Shown here piece by piece: positions 25,484-35,123 of a stretch of 64,000 bases of DNA. This DNA comes from a virus. The DNA is taken from IMG/VR virus record IMGVR_UViG_3300028138_000003, positions 429 to 64,428 of that record, one strand, 5' to 3'. Under the pieces are notes generated by a model that was given only the letters and a program-made list of their open reading frames with translations, was not told where the DNA came from and did no database searches. Position 1 is the first letter of the stretch; each line of letters begins with the position of its first letter. Position numbers and translations under genes: made by a program.

Positions 25484-26643
25484 GTGAAGACACATCACAG
25501 AATGCGACTGAAGCACTGGACGGGGCCGCCGCCAAGCCCAAAGCTCCCGTGCGTGATCCCAAGCTGACCGAGCGCGATGAGCTGATTGCTCGTATGGACG
25601 CCCGGGTCGAGGCCCAGCGGAAAGAGGACGACGAGAAGTTCCTCCGCTCGAGCGACGTCGACCCAGCAGCTTGGCTCCTGCACAAGAGGATGCAGGCCGA
25701 GGCCGCCACCCCCGGTGAAGAACCGGCGCCGGCGCCCGAGGAAGGCACCGAGTATGTAGAGCCAATCGAGCCGCAGGCAGCAGCGCCAGTAGCGCGCCCC
25801 GCGGAACGAGTGAGCACGAAGGGCGAGGATCCCCTTGGCCAGTATGTGGTCCGGGTGGATGGCAAGCCGATGTTCAAGACTCTGGTGGACGGGAAAGAGG
25901 AGTTGATACCCCTCGATCGCGCCCGCCAGCAGCTCCAGAAGCACCTGGCAGCGGATGTCCGCTTACAGCAGGCCGCGGAGCTGCGAAAACAGTTGGACGC
26001 CCGAGCGGCTGCACTTCAGGCAACTGAAGCGCAGTTGAGGAACAGGCAGCCCACCGCGCAAGCGCCGGCCGCTCTGGACTTCGATGCAGAGGCAGTTGAG
26101 ATCGTCCGCAGTCTCGTAACAGAGCCTGAGGACAAAGCAGCCGCTAGGCTGGCGCAGACGTTGAAAGCATTCCGGCAAGCTTCGGCCCCGGTAGACGTCG
26201 ACGCCGTAGCCAAGAGGGCTGCCGAAGTAGCGACACGAACGCTTGAAGAGCGTGAGCAGAATCGGGCGCTGAAGAGTGGGTTCGATACCTTCACTTCCAG
26301 CTACCGCGATATTGCCAGCGACCCCGAGCTGTTTGCGATCGCTGACCGCAAGACCGATGCGATAGCCGCGGAGCATCCAGAGTGGAGTCCGGGCGAGGTC
26401 ATGTTGGAAGCTGGAAAGCAGACTCGTGAGTGGCTGAAAAGCATTGGGGCTCCGGTAAAGGATACCGCTGCGCCGAACACTCAGGGTGGAGCGCCCAGCA
26501 ATCGTCAGCAACGCAAAGAGAGTTTAAGGCCCATGCCGACTCCGCGCACGGCGCGACCGGCAGCGACTGAAGAGAATGATCGTAGCCCCTCCGCGTCGGA
26601 CGTGGTGGCGGAAATGAGAAAGTCTCGAGGTCAGGCCTACTAG
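25480..26643 (+). CDS. scaffolding protein
   Basis: 387 aa, acidic and helical, Ala/Glu/Gln-rich. It lies between the portal and the capsid gene. Confidence 0.55.
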   Translation: MSEDTSQNATEALDGAAAKPKAPVRDPKLTERDELIARMDARVEAQRKEDDEKFLRSSDVDPAAWLLHKRMQAEAATPGEEPAPAPEEGTEYVEPIEPQAAAPVARPAERVSTKGEDPLGQYVVRVDGKPMFKTLVDGKEELIPLDRARQQLQKHLAADVRLQQAAELRKQLDARAAALQATEAQLRNRQPTAQAPAALDFDAEAVEIVRSLVTEPEDKAAARLAQTLKAFRQASAPVDVDAVAKRAAEVATRTLEEREQNRALKSGFDTFTSSYRDIASDPELFAIADRKTDAIAAEHPEWSPGEVMLEAGKQTREWLKSIGAPVKDTAAPNTQGGAPSNRQQRKESLRPMPTPRTARPAATEENDRSPSASDVVAEMRKSRGQAY

Positions 26644-26659
26644 CTCAGAGGAGTAGAAA

Positions 26660-27616
26660 ATGGCTGGTCAAGTATGGTCGACTAACTCGCTCGGCGGATT
26701 CATGTTCTCCGTGAATCTGTCACGCAAACTGCGTACGGCGCTGCAGCCCATGGTGCGGTTCCGTCAGTTCTGCGACGCGAAAGAGGCCTTCGGCCTCGGT
26801 ATTGGAGACACGTTCCACTGGAACATATATAGCGACGTGGCAACCGCGGGCGGCGCGCTGGTGGAAAACCAGCTGATGCCCGAAACCAACTTCACGATCA
26901 CCCAGGCTTCGGCCGTGATCACGGAGTACGGCAACAGCGTCCCGTTCACCAAGAAGCTCGACGATCTGTCAGAGCAGCCGGTGACCGAAATCATCCATCG
27001 CGTGCTGAAGAACGACGCGCGTAAGGTCCTCGACCTCGCCGCGTACAACCAGTTCGTACAGACCCCCATCCGGGTAACCGGCAACGGGTCGACCACGGCT
27101 GGCGGCACGGGCATCACTGTCGTGACGAACGGCACCGTGACTGCGACGGCGTCCAGCTTCCTGAGTTCGGCTCAGGTGAAGTTGATCGCTGACCGCATGG
27201 CCGAGGACAACGTCCCGGCGTTCGACGGTGTCAACTACATCGCGATCTTCCGCCCGAGCGCGATCCGCGGCCTCAAGAACAACCTTGAGGCGATCAATCA
27301 GTACACGCCTGAGGGCTGGCACGTCATCATGAACGGCGAGAAGGGCCGTTATGAGGGCATCCGGTTCGTCGAGCAGACCAACGTCCCTGTCGGCACCAAT
27401 GCCGGTGGATCGACGCTGGCCAATACTGACCGCGGGTTCTTCTTCGGTTCAGACACAGTGGCCGAGGTCTTCGCGATTCCTGAGGAAATCCGCGGTAAGA
27501 TCCCGACCGACTACGGCCGCAGCCGTGGTATCGCTTGGTACGCGGAACTGGCATTCGGTATCGCGCACACGGAAGTTCCGGGTGCACGTATCTACTGCTG
27601 GGACAGCGCGGCCTAA
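26660..27616 (+). CDS. major capsid protein
   Basis: 318 aa. Strong RBS. Its position follows the scaffold gene and a terminator lies downstream. Confidence 0.7.
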   Translation: MAGQVWSTNSLGGFMFSVNLSRKLRTALQPMVRFRQFCDAKEAFGLGIGDTFHWNIYSDVATAGGALVENQLMPETNFTITQASAVITEYGNSVPFTKKLDDLSEQPVTEIIHRVLKNDARKVLDLAAYNQFVQTPIRVTGNGSTTAGGTGITVVTNGTVTATASSFLSSAQVKLIADRMAEDNVPAFDGVNYIAIFRPSAIRGLKNNLEAINQYTPEGWHVIMNGEKGRYEGIRFVEQTNVPVGTNAGGSTLANTDRGFFFGSDTVAEVFAIPEEIRGKIPTDYGRSRGIAWYAELAFGIAHTEVPGARIYCWDSAA

Positions 27617-27631
27617 GAGGAGAGAGCAAAC

Positions 27632-27982
27632 ATGGCACGAGCAAAAGGTACTGAGATCCTCCACGCCTCTGGATCGGCGCGTAGCGACGAGATTGGCAAA
27701 GGGATCGTTGGCAAGCCCAGCGAGACCGAAGGCCTGCGCGACAAGCCGAGCCCGAGTGGGGAAGAGACCCTCAACTACGGCGGCGGACACTTCGAGACGG
27801 AGTCTGCTGGTCTTCTGGACGGCGTAAGCGTCCGTGAGACTTGCAATCCTGACGAAGTCGAGCCTGAGTACGACTACACTGTTGATCCGTTCACCGGCAA
27901 TGCGCCTGAGCGCAAGGTCGGACGCGTGAACAACAAGATGGTGTCGGGCAAGGGCAAGAAGTTCTCCCTCGGAGAGTTCTAA
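27632..27982 (+). CDS. capsid-associated / decoration protein candidate, 116 aa
   Basis: Strong RBS AGGAGAGAGC. It lies between the capsid gene and the terminator. Confidence 0.4.
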   Translation: MARAKGTEILHASGSARSDEIGKGIVGKPSETEGLRDKPSPSGEETLNYGGGHFETESAGLLDGVSVRETCNPDEVEPEYDYTVDPFTGNAPERKVGRVNNKMVSGKGKKFSLGEF

Positions 27983-27996
27983 GCAAGGAAGTAGTT

Positions 27997-28032
27997 CCGG
28001 GGGCGCCTGCGGCCCCCGGGACTCATTTCTTG
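27997..28032 (+). terminator. intrinsic terminator / attenuator after the capsid genes
   Basis: Stem CCGGGGGC (27997-28004) / GCCCCCGG (28012-28019) with a 7-nt loop. It is followed by ACTCATTTCTTG. Confidence 0.5.
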
Positions 28033-28045
28033 TAGGAGGCCTCAA

Positions 28046-28471
28046 ATGGCAATGCGAATCCCGATGACGGATTACGAGCAGCGCGACATGGACGCTGGCG
28101 TAACCGAGGACGAGTTCCACAGTCGCAAGAATCTGATGGAAGGCGTCAACGGCATCGACAAGATGAACACCCGTTACGAGAACACCGAGCGCACGCAGGT
28201 GCTGGCTCCCCGCGGCGATAAGCGCGGTCGGCCGATGCCCCGCGATGCGCGATTCAATCAGGCCGGGAACCACGGAGAGTGGGGTCCGGATACGTATCAG
28301 AAGCGTCTTGAGCGCGGCATGGACGGGCCCATGGAGACTCGCTGGTCGCACGGCATGGGACTGCCCAGCCGCGAGGACCTGAAGAGCAATGCGGACCCGC
28401 GACAGGGCGGCGCCGGAGAAGCTGTGCTGACCAACCCTGGCGATCAGGGAGTCGGCAAGAAAGAGATGTAA
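28046..28471 (+). CDS. hypothetical virion protein, 141 aa
   Basis: AGGAGG RBS. Confidence 0.45.
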   Translation: MAMRIPMTDYEQRDMDAGVTEDEFHSRKNLMEGVNGIDKMNTRYENTERTQVLAPRGDKRGRPMPRDARFNQAGNHGEWGPDTYQKRLERGMDGPMETRWSHGMGLPSREDLKSNADPRQGGAGEAVLTNPGDQGVGKKEM

Positions 28472-28483
28472 ACAGGAGGGCCG

Positions 28484-28834
28484 ATGGCCACGCTGAGCTT
28501 GAAGAAGCGTGCCGAGGCGGATGCAAAGCCGGTGTCTATGACGCCGGCTCCTGTATTCGATCGGTCCAAGTTTTACGTGACCGATATCGGCCCGCACCGG
28601 ACGGTCTACATTCAAGGCTCCCACGTGTTCCTGCACACGGGGACGTATCTCGAAGAGACGGACACGCCCGCGGTGCTGTCGCCAGAGCAGGAACGCAATT
28701 TCAATAACGCCAAGCTCCGGACGCAGCTGCAGCAGCTCGCGCGGCATCCCGCGGCGGGCGCGATTCCGCAGAAGGTCATCGAGGCTCAGCGCGAGAACGC
28801 GATGGCCCTCGCCGCCGAAGCGCACTCGGAGTAG
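28484..28834 (+). CDS. hypothetical virion protein, 116 aa
   Basis: AGGAGGG RBS. Confidence 0.45.
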   Translation: MATLSLKKRAEADAKPVSMTPAPVFDRSKFYVTDIGPHRTVYIQGSHVFLHTGTYLEETDTPAVLSPEQERNFNNAKLRTQLQQLARHPAAGAIPQKVIEAQRENAMALAAEAHSE

Positions 28835-28837
28835 CCC

Positions 28838-29656
28838 ATGGCATTGACCCCAGTAGCCTCCCGAACATTCATCCAGCTGGTGCAGGACCTCTTCCGTGAG
28901 GTCGGCGCCGCGGGCGTGGCGCCCGTGACGATCGCCGGCGCGACCGGCGAGGCCGCGCGCCTCGTCAACTACGTCCACGACGCGGAGCTGGAGATCCAGA
29001 ACCTCTGGGTCGACTGGAAGTGGCTGCGCAAGACGCTGACCTTCTACACCGGCACGCAGGACAGAACCGGCATCTTCACTACGCTGAATGGCGCGACCAC
29101 AGCGTACCCGACGGACGCCGCAGAGTGGGACTGGAAGAGCTTCCAGATCTACCCCGCGGGCAATACGACGACTCCGCAGCCGCTGCAGACAGACGAGTGG
29201 CAGGACGTGCGCGACGAGATCTTCGACGTCACGGACTTCAACCAGCCGTGGCGCGTGATCGTGATGCCGGACAATACGTTCCGGTTCGACAACATTCCGG
29301 ATCAGTCGTATCAGTGCTACGCCGAGTACCGCTCGGTGCCATACGACCTCAAGGCCGATACCGACGTGTCCAACATTCCCGCGCGCTTCGCCAACCGCAT
29401 CATCGTCGAGTGGGCGCGCATGAAGTACGGCCTGTTCGAAAGCGCCGCGGAGCAGACTGCTGCCGCGAAGCTGCACATTTACGGCACCTTGGACGACGCC
29501 GGCATCCCGACCAACAATGGGCTGCTCGCCGCGCTCGAGAACGACCAGCTGCCCAACCGCAAGAACAGCCGCCGGCAGCAGGGCAACAACATCGTCATCT
29601 CCACAGATTACGGCGATAGCTGGGACGGCCCGGGTGACTGGCACGGGGGCTGGTAA
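28838..29656 (+). CDS. tail tubular protein A-like (adaptor)
   Basis: Assigned by position in the T7-order structural module, immediately before the 827-aa nozzle-like gene. Confidence 0.45.
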   Translation: MALTPVASRTFIQLVQDLFREVGAAGVAPVTIAGATGEAARLVNYVHDAELEIQNLWVDWKWLRKTLTFYTGTQDRTGIFTTLNGATTAYPTDAAEWDWKSFQIYPAGNTTTPQPLQTDEWQDVRDEIFDVTDFNQPWRVIVMPDNTFRFDNIPDQSYQCYAEYRSVPYDLKADTDVSNIPARFANRIIVEWARMKYGLFESAAEQTAAAKLHIYGTLDDAGIPTNNGLLAALENDQLPNRKNSRRQQGNNIVISTDYGDSWDGPGDWHGGW

Positions 29657-32139
29657 TGGCTGGCGGGCCGCTCATCAAGGGCAACACGCAGTCTAAGTAC
29701 TACCCCTTCAACGGTGGACTTGATGTCGTAACGCCCGCGTTGTCTGTTGACCCCGGCTTCGCGCTGGCGATGGTCAACTACGAGCCGTTCTTCAACGGCG
29801 GCTACCGCCGTATCGACGGGTACGAACGCTTCGACGGGCATGCCAAGCCGAGCCTCGGCACGGCCTACGGCGTCACGATGAGTTCGCTGTCGGGCATCAC
29901 CGGCGTCGGAACCAGCACGACCACCAATCCGAATGCCTATCAAGCCGGCACCGGGATTACGTCGGCAGCCACCTGCATAGTTGTCGCCGCGATCGCAACC
30001 GTCACCGGGACGACCACGCAGTACTGGCTTGGCATCACCAACGTCGCAGGCACCTTTACCGCCGGCGAGAAGATCGTCGTCGGCACGACTACGTCCACCG
30101 GGACGATACTGGTCGCCCCCTCGGTGGGCTTCGGGCCCGCCGGCACCGGCACCGACGGATACTCGTACACCAATGAGTTCCTGGCGGGCGCGCAGAACTA
30201 CTACCGCCAGCAGATCAACGTGGTGCCCGGCACCGGCAACATTCTGGGCGCGTGGCAGCGCGGCACGAACATCTACGCGATCCGGGGCACGAGCACAACC
30301 TCGGCGCTGCTGTGGCGCTCGAGCGCGAGCGGCTGGTCGACCGCCGGCATCAGCTACGGGATATCGGTCTACTACCAAGGGCTGCTGAACAGCGTTCAGA
30401 CCGCGAACTTCACCGCGACGCTGGACACTGGCGGGATACTCAACGTCACCGCCATGACCAACGGCACGATCTACGTCGGGGCCACACTGGCGGACACCGC
30501 CGGGCTCACGCCGATCGGGGCCACGATCATCTCTACCATTGGCACGGCCACGGGGCAGACTGGGCAGTATCAGATCAGCGTCGCCCCCTCGATACCGGTG
30601 GCCTCCGAGGCCATGCTGACTCTCAACCCGGCAGCCCAGTTGCCGACGGCCGGGCAGGTGGTGGTTGGCGCCACGAGCTCTGCGACGGGCACAGTGGCCT
30701 ACGCCATCCCGCACGACACCACGGTTGGGTACATCATACTCAGCACCGCGACGTACCCGGGCGGCACGGCGACCTTCGTCAGCGGCGAGTTGCTGAAGAC
30801 GGTCATCGGCGGCACCGGCACTGTGTGGGGCACGGCGGCGTCCAACGGCACGGCATTCTCTCTGCCGCCGAATGGCTTCTACCGCTTCAAGAATTCCAAC
30901 TTCTACGCCACCTCGGCCACGTACAACACGTACGCGTGCAACGGGAAGGGGCCTGCGTTCCAGATTGACAACAACCAGCTCGTCGCGCCGATCCTCATGC
31001 CGCTCACGCAGCAGCCGGGACAGCCGGGCAACGGCGTATGGCCGTTCCTGCTTGAGGCGCACGTCGGCTTCCTGTTCTTGGCGTTCCCGGGCGGCATCTA
31101 CCAGCAGTCAGTGCAGGGCTCTCCCTTGCAGTTCGACGGCTTCCTTGGCGCGGCGGAGTTCAGCACCGGCGACGAGATCACCGGCATGATCAGCACCCTC
31201 GGGCCCAACCTCGTGCTGCCGACGGTGCACGCGACCTTCTCGCTGGCGGGCAATTCGGACGCCGACTTCGTACAGACGCTGATCGCCGAAAAAGCCGGAA
31301 TGGTCCTGTACTCGGGGCAGCTGCTCGACACGGTATACGCCCTCAACAACCTCGGTATCACCTCGTTGTCGCGCACGCAGTCCTACGGTAACTTCGTAGG
31401 CTCGACGGTGTCGCAGCTGGTGCAGCCGATCGTGACGGCGCTGCGCAATCACTTCACCGACGCGACCATCGTGCGCGCCACCAACCAAGCGCGCTTCTAC
31501 TTCGATGACGGCACTTGCCTCATCATGTACGTCCCGGGGCTTGGCCAGCAGAACAAGGCCTGGTCTGCGATCGAGAGCGGCGTGACGGCGCAGTTCGGCT
31601 ACGCAAGCTATCCGCACCCCATACTGTGCGCGTATAACTCGGAGGATCAAAATGACCTCGAAGTCGGCTACTTTGCCTTCAACAATGCAGACGGTTTTGT
31701 ATATCAAGATCGAAGTGGCACATCCTTTGATGGTGCCGCCGTCACCTCGTACGTTCGCTTGGCCTTCAACAATGTTGGTTCGCCGGCCTTGCGAAAATAC
31801 TTCCGTCGTCTGGACTTGGAGCTGAACTCGTCGGCGCAGGTCGCGCTGAAGTTCGCAGCGGACTTCTCATACAATGCCGAGGCAGCCTCTAGTGCGGTGA
31901 CTAACATCACCGCCAACGACATCCCGGCAATCACGGTCTTCGGCGGCGGCGGATACTGGAACAGCATCTTCTGGAACCAGTTCCTGTGGGACGGGCAGAC
32001 GATCTCCTCGGCACGCGCTGTGATTAACGGCACCGGGCAGAACGTCAGCTTCCTGATCTTCCATCAGGCCATCGTCGACAATCCCTTCGTGCTGCAAGGC
32101 GCGACCATCTACTACGACCCGCGGAGACTGCAGCGATGA
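29656..32139 (+). CDS. tail tubular protein B-like (nozzle)
   Basis: 827 aa. TAATG coupling. Gly/Thr-rich insertions. Assigned by position and size. Confidence 0.5.
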   Translation: MAGGPLIKGNTQSKYYPFNGGLDVVTPALSVDPGFALAMVNYEPFFNGGYRRIDGYERFDGHAKPSLGTAYGVTMSSLSGITGVGTSTTTNPNAYQAGTGITSAATCIVVAAIATVTGTTTQYWLGITNVAGTFTAGEKIVVGTTTSTGTILVAPSVGFGPAGTGTDGYSYTNEFLAGAQNYYRQQINVVPGTGNILGAWQRGTNIYAIRGTSTTSALLWRSSASGWSTAGISYGISVYYQGLLNSVQTANFTATLDTGGILNVTAMTNGTIYVGATLADTAGLTPIGATIISTIGTATGQTGQYQISVAPSIPVASEAMLTLNPAAQLPTAGQVVVGATSSATGTVAYAIPHDTTVGYIILSTATYPGGTATFVSGELLKTVIGGTGTVWGTAASNGTAFSLPPNGFYRFKNSNFYATSATYNTYACNGKGPAFQIDNNQLVAPILMPLTQQPGQPGNGVWPFLLEAHVGFLFLAFPGGIYQQSVQGSPLQFDGFLGAAEFSTGDEITGMISTLGPNLVLPTVHATFSLAGNSDADFVQTLIAEKAGMVLYSGQLLDTVYALNNLGITSLSRTQSYGNFVGSTVSQLVQPIVTALRNHFTDATIVRATNQARFYFDDGTCLIMYVPGLGQQNKAWSAIESGVTAQFGYASYPHPILCAYNSEDQNDLEVGYFAFNNADGFVYQDRSGTSFDGAAVTSYVRLAFNNVGSPALRKYFRRLDLELNSSAQVALKFAADFSYNAEAASSAVTNITANDIPAITVFGGGGYWNSIFWNQFLWDGQTISSARAVINGTGQNVSFLIFHQAIVDNPFVLQGATIYYDPRRLQR

Positions 32140-34064
32140 GCAATCCTTATTACACATACAGCGGTGCCTTTATCCCCGGCATCCTTGCCCGCGCGGAGGC
32201 CGAGTCGACCGAGTTCCAGTCAGTGCAGCAGGGCTTCGCGCTGCTGGCGACCAACGGCACCGACAGCGGTGCGGCGAATGCATATGTGGTCGTGACGCAG
32301 GGCGGCCAGAACGGCTCATATGCCGATGGCATGGTAGTGCAGTTCAAAGCGATGAACGCCAACACCGGGGCATCGACTATATCTGTCGATGGCGGCAGCA
32401 CGATATCGCTGACCGATTTCCAAGGGCAGTCCCTAGCCGGGGGTGCGATAAAAGCGAACAGTTGGGTGCGGCTTGTCTACAACTCGACATTCGTCGCTTG
32501 GACGCTGATTGCTCCGACGTCGCAGGTCATCACCAGCAACACGATCTCCGCCTCCGCGCCGACCAACAAGGTAGGCTTGGTGGCAGCGGGCGGCGTCTCG
32601 ACGGCGTGCGCGCCGATCGATGTGACGTTCGCGATCGACCAAGGCATCGCGCCGACGTGGACCGGGGCACATACCTTCAGCGCTGCAGTAACCTTCAGCT
32701 CCACCGTGACCTTCAGCGGCGGGCTCAGCCTGACCGGGGGCGCGAATCAGTACGCTGCCACTCTGACGGGCAGCAGCGCCTCAGGCCAGTCGCTCGGCCT
32801 ACGCGTCAACGCCGGCACGAACGCCAGCGACTTCGCCGTAAGAATCAGCAGCCAGTCAGCCGCAACGGACTACTTCAAGATCCTCGGCGAAGGCAGCATA
32901 GTGGCGGGAAGCGCCACCGGCGGCGGCCAAGGCGTCGGCACCATCAATGCGCAGGGGTTGTACGTCAATGGTGTAGCCGTGTCCAACGCGGTAGCGGCCA
33001 ACCCCGGCACTAACGTAGGTCTCTCCGTGGTCAACGGCACGGCGACGACGTACATGCGCAGCGACGGCGCTCCCGCGCTCTCGCAGGCCATCGCGCCGAC
33101 GTGGACAGGCAATCACACGTTCACGCCAACCTCTGGCGTGGCGCTCACGGTCAATGCCAAGCTCAACTCCGTGGGCGTAAGCATTGCAGGCGGCACGAAC
33201 ACTTCGAACACCTACATGATGCAGTTGGTGTCGGCGCAGGCATCTGGCTTCTCTAGTGGCCTTTCGCTGAAAGCCGGCACGACAAGCGCCGACTCAGCGA
33301 TCAACGTGCAGAACGCCGCGGGCACTGCAACGTACTTCAACGTCAACGGCGACGGCTCAGGATCGCTGGGCCCGACCTCGGCCTTGGGCGCCTCGTGGGC
33401 TACGACCACCGGCATATTCACCTTCACGCCCGCCGCTGGCAGCTCGTTCATCATCGGCTCCGGCGACAACACGGGCCTGACCACAAAGAACGCCGGAGGC
33501 ACTAGCGTCGGCGTATTCGGCACGAAGAAGTTCTGGGACGGCAGCGGGACCAACGTAACAGACCTAGCCATTGGCGCGGTCGGCAATATGTTCCTTGCCG
33601 CCAACAATCAGATCAACCCCTCAATGAAGCTTCTGGGCATCTCCGCACCGACTATTCAGGGGTGGGGACCGACTGCTTCGGGGCTCGTGGACATGACGCC
33701 CGATACCGGGTCGTTCACCCTGACCAGCACCGGTGGCCCCAACCTCGTATGCGTATGGGCGCGCGTGGGCAACCTCGTACTGCTGTTCATACCCACCGGC
33801 ACGGTCAGCACTGGGGTCACCTCTTGGACGGCCACGGGGCTGCCTTCGGCCATCCAGCCGACCCGCACGCAGCTCCTTCCCTTTGGCCCGTCGGTTATAG
33901 AGGACAACTCGGTTTCGCTCCCGGGAGCCATCCGGGTCAACGCCAGCTCCGGCACGGTGACGTTCCTGCAGAACAACGGTAGCACCTGGACGACTGCTTT
34001 CAGCAACGCGGGCGGGGTCAGAGGCATGCTGCAGGTCGCAACCGTGACATACCTGCTGAACTGA
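32136..34064 (+). CDS. tail fibre protein (set 2)
   Basis: Two copies of the (SDGAPAL)xQAIAPTWTGxHTF motif. The C-terminal module is shared with the 16838-18136 fibre (DMTPDT). Confidence 0.6.
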   Translation: MSNPYYTYSGAFIPGILARAEAESTEFQSVQQGFALLATNGTDSGAANAYVVVTQGGQNGSYADGMVVQFKAMNANTGASTISVDGGSTISLTDFQGQSLAGGAIKANSWVRLVYNSTFVAWTLIAPTSQVITSNTISASAPTNKVGLVAAGGVSTACAPIDVTFAIDQGIAPTWTGAHTFSAAVTFSSTVTFSGGLSLTGGANQYAATLTGSSASGQSLGLRVNAGTNASDFAVRISSQSAATDYFKILGEGSIVAGSATGGGQGVGTINAQGLYVNGVAVSNAVAANPGTNVGLSVVNGTATTYMRSDGAPALSQAIAPTWTGNHTFTPTSGVALTVNAKLNSVGVSIAGGTNTSNTYMMQLVSAQASGFSSGLSLKAGTTSADSAINVQNAAGTATYFNVNGDGSGSLGPTSALGASWATTTGIFTFTPAAGSSFIIGSGDNTGLTTKNAGGTSVGVFGTKKFWDGSGTNVTDLAIGAVGNMFLAANNQINPSMKLLGISAPTIQGWGPTASGLVDMTPDTGSFTLTSTGGPNLVCVWARVGNLVLLFIPTGTVSTGVTSWTATGLPSAIQPTRTQLLPFGPSVIEDNSVSLPGAIRVNASSGTVTFLQNNGSTWTTAFSNAGGVRGMLQVATVTYLLN

Positions 34065-34156
34065 TAGGGAGATCACGCTTTGAGGCCACAACTGTATAGG
34101 CATCCAGCCGTCCGGGGTAAGCTCGGGCGGCCTCTCATTCACGGGGGATCAGTCTA

Positions 34157-35113
34157 ATGGGTGTTCTTGCTTCCGGTGCGACCACGACTTCGCCTCCGCC
34201 TAATCAAAATCGGCAGACGACCCCGGCTGCGCCGGCCACCCCGTCGCTGGATAGCCTTACGCCCCCGACGCCCACAGCCGACACTTTCCAAGCCTCTACC
34301 GCTACAGCGTCCGACGTCGGTGCGGCTCCGGTAGCCAAAGCACAGGACACGGGCCCGGTTGCCGGCATCAGCAACGGGATGATGAACCCGAACGACTCGA
34401 CCAACGCGGCGAGCCAGCTCGACACGATCACCTCTTCGAACAGCCCGTACATGCAGCTCGCTAGGCAGCAGGGCATGCTCTCGGCGGCGAACCGCGGACT
34501 CGGCAACTCCAGTATCGCTGCAGGTGCGTCGGAGGCTGCAGCCACTGCCGCCGCGGCACCGCTCGCCGAGCAGAACGCCGGCGCGGCCACCAACGCTGCG
34601 CTTCAGAACTCGCAGCTCGAGACGCAGGCGAACGAGTTCAACGCGGGGGAGGAGAACCAGAATCAGCAGATGAACGCCCAGCTGAACACGCAGACCAGCC
34701 AGTTCAATGCCGGGCAGACGCAGCAGGCGAACGCGACCAATGCGGCGGCGCAGAATGCGATGATCCAGCAGATTACACAGATCAAAGGCGCCCTCTCGGG
34801 GCAGTTGCTCTCCAACGTCGGATCGCAGCAGCTGGCCGAGATTCAGGGCGCCGTGACACAGAACGTCGCCACCACGCAGTCGACGGCGGCCATGGTGCAG
34901 ACGATGCTGTCGGGGGTGGGCGCTATCCTGAACAACAAGGATATCGACGCGACTCGCTCCGGTGTCGCCGTTACCGCGGTCATCAACACGCTCAACGCGG
35001 CGCTCAAGGCGGTGAACGTGGTATTCGGAGGCCCGGCCGCAGGCACCGTCAGTACCAGCGGCACCACGCCCCCGGTACCGGGTGCGCCGACGCCCGTAAG
35101 ACCAAAGTTGTGA
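34157..35113 (+). CDS. internal virion protein (Gln/Ala/Asn-rich), 318 aa
   Basis: Low-complexity helical protein, positioned before the giant ejection protein. Confidence 0.45.
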   Translation: MGVLASGATTTSPPPNQNRQTTPAAPATPSLDSLTPPTPTADTFQASTATASDVGAAPVAKAQDTGPVAGISNGMMNPNDSTNAASQLDTITSSNSPYMQLARQQGMLSAANRGLGNSSIAAGASEAAATAAAAPLAEQNAGAATNAALQNSQLETQANEFNAGEENQNQQMNAQLNTQTSQFNAGQTQQANATNAAAQNAMIQQITQIKGALSGQLLSNVGSQQLAEIQGAVTQNVATTQSTAAMVQTMLSGVGAILNNKDIDATRSGVAVTAVINTLNAALKAVNVVFGGPAAGTVSTSGTTPPVPGAPTPVRPKL

Positions 35114-35123
35114 GGAGAGCATA

